Of a stretch of DNA of 43,270 nucleotides, positions 34,234 through 41,530 are shown in pieces. The position numbers were made by a program, and so were the translations under genes. The stretch lies in the sequence record SRR20825006_314. One strand, written 5' to 3'. Each line of letters opens with the position of its first letter. Position 1 is the stretch's first letter. The notes beneath the pieces are model-generated. The model was not told the origin of the DNA. It ran no database searches and worked only from the letters and a program-made list of their open reading frames with translations.

Positions 34234-35493
34234 TTATTCTTCGTAATATTCGTCGAGGATTTTTTGTTCTTCTTCTGCTGCAATGGCGATGGCCTGTTCA
34301 GCAGTTTGTCCCTCAAGGAAGATGCGTTGGGTGGCATCCATCAATACTTGGCGTTGGCCAGATTCTTCCGCAAAGATTGTGGTTTTGGCATAGCCCAAAC
34401 CTTCAATGAACGGACCGAACACTGGATCTGCCTTGTTGGCATCAGTCAATGCAGCTGATGGTTTGGCTGGCAATTCGCCAACTGTGTCCAACCAGATTTG
34501 CATCGCTTCGTCAGAGGTGATGAAGGCCAAGAATTTCTTCGCAGCTTCTTCTTTTTCACCGTCTGCTTTAGACGTTACGGCATTTACCCAATAGCTTGAG
34601 TAGTTGGATTTTGTGCCGTCAGGGCCAGCAGGCAATTCGGCAACGCCCCATTTCAAACCGCGTGTGCTTTCAAGGGCACCAATACGGAATGACCCATCAA
34701 TATGCATGCCCGCGCGACCAGCTTTAAAGGCAGCTTGTGGCTCATCCATAAAGCCTGCTTGGGTTACGCCGTGCACATTTTGCAAATCAGTGTACCATTT
34801 CAATGCTGCAGCGCCGCTGCCATCATCGTCATAATTCACGTTGCGATAATTGTCAGTGTAAGGTTCGCCGCCAAACTGGCGGGTTAGCACTTCGCGCCAC
34901 CAATGGTGATCCTGCGCGTTCATGCCGGTGGTGATGCCCACTTGGGTAATGTTGCCTGAACCATCTTTTTTGGTCAGTTTTTTCGCCACTTCAACCAACT
35001 CGTCCAATGTGGCCGGTGGGTTTTCAATGCCTGCTTCTTCAAACAAACGTTCATTGTAGAACAGAGCCAATGAGCGCACAGCGGTTGGCAATGCCATATA
35101 TTGGCCATCGCGTTTCATGGCGCTAACCATTGGGAAAAATTCAGCCTCGATTTGCTCCGGTGGGAACATATCTGTTGGCAATGGCGTGATCAGCTCAGCT
35201 TCCACATAATCATTCAACCAACCATAGAACAATTGAACCACATCTGGACCTTCGCCAGCAGGAATCGCTGCGGCAACCTTTGTGCGGTAGTCCGCATAAG
35301 GGAAGGTTGTGTGCTTCACTGTGATGTCTGGATTTTCGGCTTCAAACTTTTCGATCAGCGTATCAATTGCCTTTACGCGTGCTTCGAAAAAATATTGCCA
35401 ATATTCGATTTCCACAGCCCAAGATGAACCTGCGCTGAGGGCAAAAATAGCACCTGATGCGAAACCAAGTAGCTTGTTCTTCCAAGATTTCAT
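34234..35493 (-). CDS. Carbohydrate ABC transporter substrate-binding protein
   Basis: Signal peptide ending SSWA. FEAENPDI.V, GPDV, LFYN..LFEEAG and AFKAGRAGM motifs. Confidence 0.92.
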   Translation of the reverse strand: MKSWKNKLLGFASGAIFALSAGSSWAVEIEYWQYFFEARVKAIDTLIEKFEAENPDITVKHTTFPYADYRTKVAAAIPAGEGPDVVQLFYGWLNDYVEAELITPLPTDMFPPEQIEAEFFPMVSAMKRDGQYMALPTAVRSLALFYNERLFEEAGIENPPATLDELVEVAKKLTKKDGSGNITQVGITTGMNAQDHHWWREVLTRQFGGEPYTDNYRNVNYDDDGSGAAALKWYTDLQNVHGVTQAGFMDEPQAAFKAGRAGMHIDGSFRIGALESTRGLKWGVAELPAGPDGTKSNYSSYWVNAVTSKADGEKEEAAKKFLAFITSDEAMQIWLDTVGELPAKPSAALTDANKADPVFGPFIEGLGYAKTTIFAEESGQRQVLMDATQRIFLEGQTAEQAIAIAAEEEQKILDEYYEE

Positions 35494-35613
35494 TTTCGGA
35501 TCCCTCCACTATAAGTTGTGCCCGAATTTTAGAATTCTTATTGTTTTTCAATGGCTTGAAACTCTAAATTTCGGCCATTTTTGCTTTTTTCTTCACCGGG
35601 TCGGCCTTTAGTG

Positions 35614-35661
35614 TTGACCATTTGCGAAAACAAATCAATACTTAACTCAAGTTAATTGAGT
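35614..35661 (+). promoter_or_regulatory. Putative promoter of the ROK gene plus inverted-repeat operator
   Basis: TTGACC-N17-AATACT at 35614-35642. ACTCAA-N5-TTGAGT at 35645-35661. Confidence 0.5.
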
Positions 35662-35677
35662 AAATAAATTTCGATAG

Positions 35678-36877
35678 ATGGCGACTAAAGGCACAACAGG
35701 CATTATTGGCGGCAACGCGCTGCGCAATCGCGACCACAATCAAAAAGTGGTGCTCGACTATGTGCGGGCAAATGAACCTGCGGGGCGGGCAGAGATTGCG
35801 CGTAGCTGTGGGCTCAGCATTCAAGCTGTGTCCAATATTACGGCTGATCTTGAGCAGCAAAAATTGCTGATGCCGGATGGTCATCGGACGGAAGGGAAGC
35901 GCGGCAAGCCCGCGCTGCAATATCGGTTTAATCCGGAAGGGGCGTTTGCCATCGGCGTTGAATTGCGGCCCGATGCCGTGGTGACGACCGCGCTCAACTT
36001 GTCAGGCAAAAAAATCTACAATGCGCGGGTGCCTTTGGAGGATGCGCGGCCTAAGCCAGCCATTAAAGCGGTGGGCGATGAGGTGCGCAAAGCCATCGAG
36101 GCGAGCGGCTTTGATCCGAAAAGTTTGCTTGGTGTGGGCGTTGTGATGCCAGGTCCGTTTGGCGATACAGCCATTTCGCGGGCAGGGGATGCGGTTTTGC
36201 CGGATTGGGAAGAGGTTGAGCCGCAATCTGCATTTGAGCAGGAAATTGGCTATCCGGTATTGATTGAAAATGACGCCACGGCCGCTGCCGTTTCTGAGCG
36301 GGTGGCAGGAGTAGCGTCTGATTTGGATGATTTTTGCTTCGTCTATTTCGGTTCAGGTATCGGCCTAGGTGTCGTGACCAAAGGGCATGTGCTGCGCGGC
36401 GCATTTGGCAATGCGGGTGAGATCGGGCACATCATGACCCAGATTGATGGGCATCAATGCCCCTGCGGCAATCGCGGTTGTCTTGAGACCTATGCTAGCC
36501 GGATTGCGGCACGTAATTATTTGCAACCTTTCGGCATTGATCCGCAAAGCGGCGCCGATTTTGCCGACCTGGTTGATCAGCGAAACCCGCATTTTCTGGC
36601 GTGGATTGATCAGGCAGCAAAGCATTTGTCGCCGGTTATTGGTACTTTGGAAAATCTGTTTGATCCCCAAAGCATCATTTTGGGCGGTGCCATGCCTGAC
36701 GCGGTGATTGATGCGTTGATTGCCCGGCTCGACCTGCCCAAAGGCTCCGTCGCTAACCGAGATGAGCGGGCCTGTCCTCGCGTTATGCGCGGCTTTTCGG
36801 GTCGGCTAACCGCGGCGCTTGGCGCTGGAGCTATGGTGATTCACCAAACCATCACCCCCAATAAACATTCTTACTGA
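35678..36877 (+). CDS. ROK family transcriptional regulator (NagC/XylR type)
   Basis: N-terminal HTH RAEIARSCGLS..AVS, RGKP linker, ENDA, G.AGEIGH and Zn motif CPCGNRGCLE. Confidence 0.93.
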   Translation: MATKGTTGIIGGNALRNRDHNQKVVLDYVRANEPAGRAEIARSCGLSIQAVSNITADLEQQKLLMPDGHRTEGKRGKPALQYRFNPEGAFAIGVELRPDAVVTTALNLSGKKIYNARVPLEDARPKPAIKAVGDEVRKAIEASGFDPKSLLGVGVVMPGPFGDTAISRAGDAVLPDWEEVEPQSAFEQEIGYPVLIENDATAAAVSERVAGVASDLDDFCFVYFGSGIGLGVVTKGHVLRGAFGNAGEIGHIMTQIDGHQCPCGNRGCLETYASRIAARNYLQPFGIDPQSGADFADLVDQRNPHFLAWIDQAAKHLSPVIGTLENLFDPQSIILGGAMPDAVIDALIARLDLPKGSVANRDERACPRVMRGFSGRLTAALGAGAMVIHQTITPNKHSY

Positions 36878-36891
36878 ACGCGAGGAAAACT

Positions 36892-39270
36892 ATGTCTAAG
36901 CCAGAAGCTGATCGATTGATAAATGCGTTTGCGCAACCGCGTTCCGTGCAATTGTGGCGGGCATTGCTTCCGCTTAAATCCTGTACAAGTTTTATGAACA
37001 CTGGCGCGCATCCGGATGATGAAATTTCTACCATGTTGGCGGCCTTGATTTATCGCGATGGCATCAATTTATCTCATGCTTGTTCTACCCGCGGAGAAGG
37101 TGGCCAAAATGCTATTGGCACTGAAACAGGTGTGGATCTTGGTGTGGTGCGGACCCGAGAAATGGAGCGGGCCGCTGAGATTTTAGACATGACGCAATAT
37201 TGGCTTTGCCAATATCCGGGTGATCCGCTGGCCGATTTCGGCTTTTCCAAAACCGGGGAAGAAACACTTGGTTATTGGGGTGAAGAGCGCACCTTGGAGC
37301 GCTTTGTGTGGATTTTGCGCACAGAACGTCCCGATATGATTTGCACCACATTCTTGGATGTGCCGGGGCAGCATGGGCACCACCGCGCGATGACACAAAG
37401 CGCGTTTAAAGCTGTGAAGCTAGCCGCTGATCCGAACGCGTTTCCTGAACAGAATTTGCCAGTGTGGCAGGTGAAAAAGCTTTATTTGCCTGCTTGGTCT
37501 GGCGCTGGCGATGCTTATGATGATGATTTGCCACCGCCGCCCACAAGCGTTGTGACGGACGGCACGGGCCAAGATCCCATCATTGGCATGGATTATGCGC
37601 AGTTGGGTCAGGTTTCGCGGGCCTATCACCAAACACAAGGCATGGGGACTTGGGTATCGCCGGGTGTTGAAAAGAAATGGCCACTTCATTTGGCGTGGAC
37701 GGCAAATGGTGAACCGCATGATGAGCAATCGATTTTTGATGGCTTACCACAAACGCTGGATGATTTGGCTGATTATGCGCAAGCGCCAGCAATAGGGTCA
37801 TCGCTTTACATTGCGCAACATGCCATTGAGCAGGCGATAGAGGCGTGGCCGAAAACGGAGCAAATGGTTACTTCCTTGCTGGCCGCATTGGAAGCCGTGA
37901 GAGAAGCGCGGGCAAACTGTCCGGATGCCGCGAAAGCGGAAGTTGTGCATCGGCTTGATGCGAAGGAGCTGCAATTGCAGCGTGCGCTTTATCTGGCAAG
38001 CCCAATTCGTGCTTCTCTAAAGCCGCAACAGATTTATGCGCGTCCGGGCGAGGTGGTGAAGTTTGACCTTGAGCTCGATAGTCCTTTGGCTGTTGGGGCT
38101 TCAATTGCCGCGCCGGATGGCTGGCTTGTTGAAGAGACTGACGCTAAACATTTTCAGGTGCAGGTGCCTTCAGATGCTGAGCCAAGTGACCCTTTGCCAG
38201 ATATTTGGTCACCCGTTCAAGGCAATGAAAGTGTGCATTTGCGCCTTGTTTGGGCGTTGCACGGGGTCAATGTTGAAGTATCACTCGACCCGATTGAACG
38301 ATTGAACATTTTGCCTGCCAATGAAGTTGGCTTGGAGCCACGAGCACTGCTGTTCAATAAGCAGAATATAGCGACCAAAATTGTAGAGCGCATAGGTTCC
38401 CGCCAATTCGATATTTCGATTGCTAAGGCCGGAGATTTTGACATTATTTCAAATGAGGCTGATCTCACAGTGACTGCGCATAGCGATGTTGCCGAAGGGC
38501 TATATGATTTGCCCGTGCAGCAAAATGGTGCGGCCGCGCAGTTTGTCCGACGGATGCATTATCCGCATACGGGGCCGTTGGTTCGTGCTGAGGATGCGGC
38601 GTTGTCCGTCAGGGTTTTGGATGCAAAATTGCCCACGGGGCGCATCGGCTATGTGGCTGGTGGTAGTGATCGGGTGGATTATTGGCTTACCCAGTTTGGC
38701 TTGGACGTCACTGCAATTGATGATGACGCGTTGGCGGCGGGGCGGCTTGATCAATTTGACAGCATTATTGTCGGCGTGTTCGCATTTCGCACGCGGCCTG
38801 CATTGCTGGACAATGTTTCGGCGTTGCATGCTTGGGTGCGCAATGGCGGTAATCTGGTTACGCTTTATCATCGTCCATGGGACAATTGGGATAAGGACAC
38901 TGTGCCACTCGCACCCATTGAGATTGGCAAACCATCTTTGCGCTGGCGGGTAACTGACCAAAATGCAGAAGTGCGCTATTTGCAGCCAGATCATTTGTTG
39001 TTTGCGGGACCAAACAAAATCGGTGATCAGGATTGGGCCGATTGGCATAAAGAACGCGGGCTTTATTTCGCTTCCAGCTGGGACAGCGCATATACCCCGC
39101 TTTTATCCATGAATGATGCAGGTGAGAAGCCGCTTGAGGGCAGCTTGCTTGTGGGTGAATTTGGCAAGGGGCGGCATATTCACACCAGCCTTATCCTGCA
39201 TCACCAGCTTGATAAGTTGGTGCCGGGTGCCTACCGCTTGATGGCAAATATGCTGGATTGGACGGCCTAG
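36892..39270 (+). CDS. Multidomain PIG-L/LmbE family de-N-acylase
   Basis: GAHPDDE, TRGEGGQN..G.E, R..E...AA, DFGFSK and HGHH motifs, with a long C-terminal extension. Confidence 0.88.
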   Translation: MSKPEADRLINAFAQPRSVQLWRALLPLKSCTSFMNTGAHPDDEISTMLAALIYRDGINLSHACSTRGEGGQNAIGTETGVDLGVVRTREMERAAEILDMTQYWLCQYPGDPLADFGFSKTGEETLGYWGEERTLERFVWILRTERPDMICTTFLDVPGQHGHHRAMTQSAFKAVKLAADPNAFPEQNLPVWQVKKLYLPAWSGAGDAYDDDLPPPPTSVVTDGTGQDPIIGMDYAQLGQVSRAYHQTQGMGTWVSPGVEKKWPLHLAWTANGEPHDEQSIFDGLPQTLDDLADYAQAPAIGSSLYIAQHAIEQAIEAWPKTEQMVTSLLAALEAVREARANCPDAAKAEVVHRLDAKELQLQRALYLASPIRASLKPQQIYARPGEVVKFDLELDSPLAVGASIAAPDGWLVEETDAKHFQVQVPSDAEPSDPLPDIWSPVQGNESVHLRLVWALHGVNVEVSLDPIERLNILPANEVGLEPRALLFNKQNIATKIVERIGSRQFDISIAKAGDFDIISNEADLTVTAHSDVAEGLYDLPVQQNGAAAQFVRRMHYPHTGPLVRAEDAALSVRVLDAKLPTGRIGYVAGGSDRVDYWLTQFGLDVTAIDDDALAAGRLDQFDSIIVGVFAFRTRPALLDNVSALHAWVRNGGNLVTLYHRPWDNWDKDTVPLAPIEIGKPSLRWRVTDQNAEVRYLQPDHLLFAGPNKIGDQDWADWHKERGLYFASSWDSAYTPLLSMNDAGEKPLEGSLLVGEFGKGRHIHTSLILHHQLDKLVPGAYRLMANMLDWTA

Positions 39271-40190
39271 CCAAACAGTCCGCCTGGTTCTTGTGCCACG
39301 GGAGCCAACACGCTGAGTGCTTTGGGGTGAATTTTCACCTCAAAGCGATTTTGCCCCGTGACCAACTCTCCATCAATCGTAACATCTGGCTTTTTCTTGC
39401 TGTGTTCGAATGACAGCACAGCGGATTTGGCGCCGCGCTCTATCAGGTCGGGGTTGGTATCCCAGGTGCCAAGCAACAAGTCAGATGCTAATTTTAGATT
39501 AGCCTGGGTGGGCAGAGGTCGTGCCGAATAGATGCCGAGCTCACCTTGCTGCGGAAAGTCTGCATAAGGCATATGTCCACGGCCATATTTATTGTTGGCA
39601 ATCGCAATAAGGCTCAAATTTTCTTGGTGATTTTCGCCATCTAGCTCAAGGTCGATCATATAGCGTGGTGGGCGGCTAAATGTGCTGAGCGCAGCTCTGA
39701 TCCCGCCAAAAATCTTTTGAAACCGCGACTGGTGTTGCTGCTGATCGCGCAGCTTCACAATCTTGGGGTGCATGCCCACGGAGATTTGGTGCAAAAACAG
39801 GTGATCGTTGGCTGTGGCAATATCTACGCGCTCCGGCTTTGCCTCTACCAAGGCATCAATCGCATCGTCAAGATTGAGCGGAATGCCCAAAGATCGTGCA
39901 AACAGATTCATCGTGCCCGCAGGGATTACGCCAAGTGTCTTTCCATGCTGCCAGCAATGTTGAGCGGCAGCGGAAATTGTTCCATCGCCACCGCCGGCCA
40001 ACACCGCTTCGCATTCCGCATCATTTGTGAGCTGATCCAGCGTTTCAATCAGTTCTGGGCCGCTGATGATTTGGATATTTATGGTGTGCCCCGCCGCTTC
40101 GAAACGCTGGCGAATTTGCGTGGCGAATTGCTCCACATCCATTGTGCGTAGCGTACCACCATCCTTATTCAACACTGTGCAGATATGCAT
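39267..40190 (-). CDS. Diacylglycerol/lipid kinase family protein (YegS/DagK-like)
   Basis: AGGGDGTI, IPAGTMNLFARSLGIP and IDGE motifs. Confidence 0.92.
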   Translation of the reverse strand: MHICTVLNKDGGTLRTMDVEQFATQIRQRFEAAGHTINIQIISGPELIETLDQLTNDAECEAVLAGGGDGTISAAAQHCWQHGKTLGVIPAGTMNLFARSLGIPLNLDDAIDALVEAKPERVDIATANDHLFLHQISVGMHPKIVKLRDQQQHQSRFQKIFGGIRAALSTFSRPPRYMIDLELDGENHQENLSLIAIANNKYGRGHMPYADFPQQGELGIYSARPLPTQANLKLASDLLLGTWDTNPDLIERGAKSAVLSFEHSKKKPDVTIDGELVTGQNRFEVKIHPKALSVLAPVAQEPGGLFG

Positions 40191-40227
40191 GATTTTGCTT
40201 TTCTTTTAATGCGATGACCATCGCCAT

Positions 40228-40252
40228 AACGCGCTGCGCATGTGGATGTTCC
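40228..40252 (-). promoter_or_regulatory. EcfG promoter for the lipid kinase gene
   Basis: Minus strand GGAAC-atccacatgcgcagcg-CGTT, 38 nt upstream of the ATG. Confidence 0.83.
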
Positions 40253-40275
40253 GGCAAAAGTCCGTCGGTGAAAAA

Positions 40276-40998
40276 TTATTGCAAAATGCCGAAGCGAAAG
40301 GCAAGGCTCACCGCATGGGTCGTGTTGGTCGCGTTAAATTTTGAGCGAATTTGTTTTAGCCCGTGCTCAACGGTTTTCTCGGAGATGTCGAGAATACGGC
40401 TGGTTTCCCAAGCTGTTTTGCCCTCTGCAATCCAGTAGAGAATTTCCACTTCGCGATATTTCAATTCTGGCCGGTTGAGCAAGGCGCCACGTACATCAAT
40501 GGTGGCCATATGGAATTGTAGCGAAAACAGAATGAGGTTGCCCATCTGCTTGGCGCAGAAAAATTGCCAATCTTTGGCTGGTAGGTCAGAGGCAACAGAA
40601 AAAATAGCTTTATCGGCCTTCGCCCCGTGAATGGGAATGGTCAGGCCTTGCCCGCCGAGTCCGTGTTGTTCCGCATCGATGAAAAACGCTTTGGTGTCTT
40701 CATTATCATTATCGCACTCCGCCCAGAAAAAAGGCCGCGTATGCTCATTGGCCAATTTAATCACCGGGTCGGAGTGAATGTAATTCTGGTTCAGATAGCG
40801 ATCTATCCATTTTTCTGGATAGGTGGTGACCAAACAGGCGGTTTTCGGATTCAGGTCATTTAGGTCTGTTGCAAGATAGGCCATATGGCGCACATCAAAA
40901 CACTCAGCCCAATATTCCAAACACTTTTTTGCGTCATCCAGCGAATGAAACTTTTGCAGGGGAGTATTGTGTAGATGTGCCAGTTGGTCCAAGGCCAC
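40276..40998 (-). CDS. LuxR-family regulator with autoinducer-binding domain (LuxR solo)
   Basis: YPEKWIDRY...DPV...PFFW...GLTIP and HTH RE.EIL.WIAEGKT.WE...IL.ISE.TV. Start uncertain (GTG 40998 chosen; frame is open to 41082). Confidence 0.9.
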   Translation of the reverse strand: MALDQLAHLHNTPLQKFHSLDDAKKCLEYWAECFDVRHMAYLATDLNDLNPKTACLVTTYPEKWIDRYLNQNYIHSDPVIKLANEHTRPFFWAECDNDNEDTKAFFIDAEQHGLGGQGLTIPIHGAKADKAIFSVASDLPAKDWQFFCAKQMGNLILFSLQFHMATIDVRGALLNRPELKYREVEILYWIAEGKTAWETSRILDISEKTVEHGLKQIRSKFNATNTTHAVSLAFRFGILQ

Positions 40999-41454
40999 GC
41001 CAGAACCCTTTTTCGGTGATGCCTGTAGAATATACCAAATGATCAGGAAAATTTTGTCAATGGCTGATGTAACCATTTTCATAAAATTGCATCAAAAATT
41101 TGTCATTATATTCAATAATTTAGATGGGTTTGAAGTTGCATTCAATCTGTATAATCAGTGGATTAAAAGAACAGATTTAGTGTGTGCAAAGTAAAATTAT
41201 TGAGATTTTGAATAAGAAATTTCAGCGGATATGGAGCGAAAATCGACTAAAATAATGATGATAAATTCTTGTGTGAGAACAAAGAGATGAACTTATAAAC
41301 AGTATGTTTCATTCAATATTTTGCAACTTATAACTTGCGGTTGAAACTGTTTGATTTCGCAATCGTTTCTATCCAAGCAACGGGAGTAAGATAGACTTGG
41401 TTCAACCAATATATGGCGTGAACGACTTTATTTAAGGAAATCTTATCTTAACAA

Positions 41455-41474
41455 ACCTGTGTAATTCTGCAGAT
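41455..41474 (+). promoter_or_regulatory. lux-box-like 20-mer upstream of the chemoreceptor gene
   Basis: ACCTGTGTAATTCTGCAGAT fits NNCTG-N10-CAGNN. A TAGCTT -10-like hexamer is at 41495-41500. Confidence 0.5.
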
Positions 41475-41530
41475 TCAATGCCCTTTTAGCACAATAGCTT
41501 GAGGGTTATCTTGATTTGGAGAGTGCCAGC

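Noticed and set aside
41432-41452. Possible CtrA box upstream of the MCP
   Set aside because: The two TTAA half-sites are 12 nt apart rather than 7. Only a TTAAC half-site remains.
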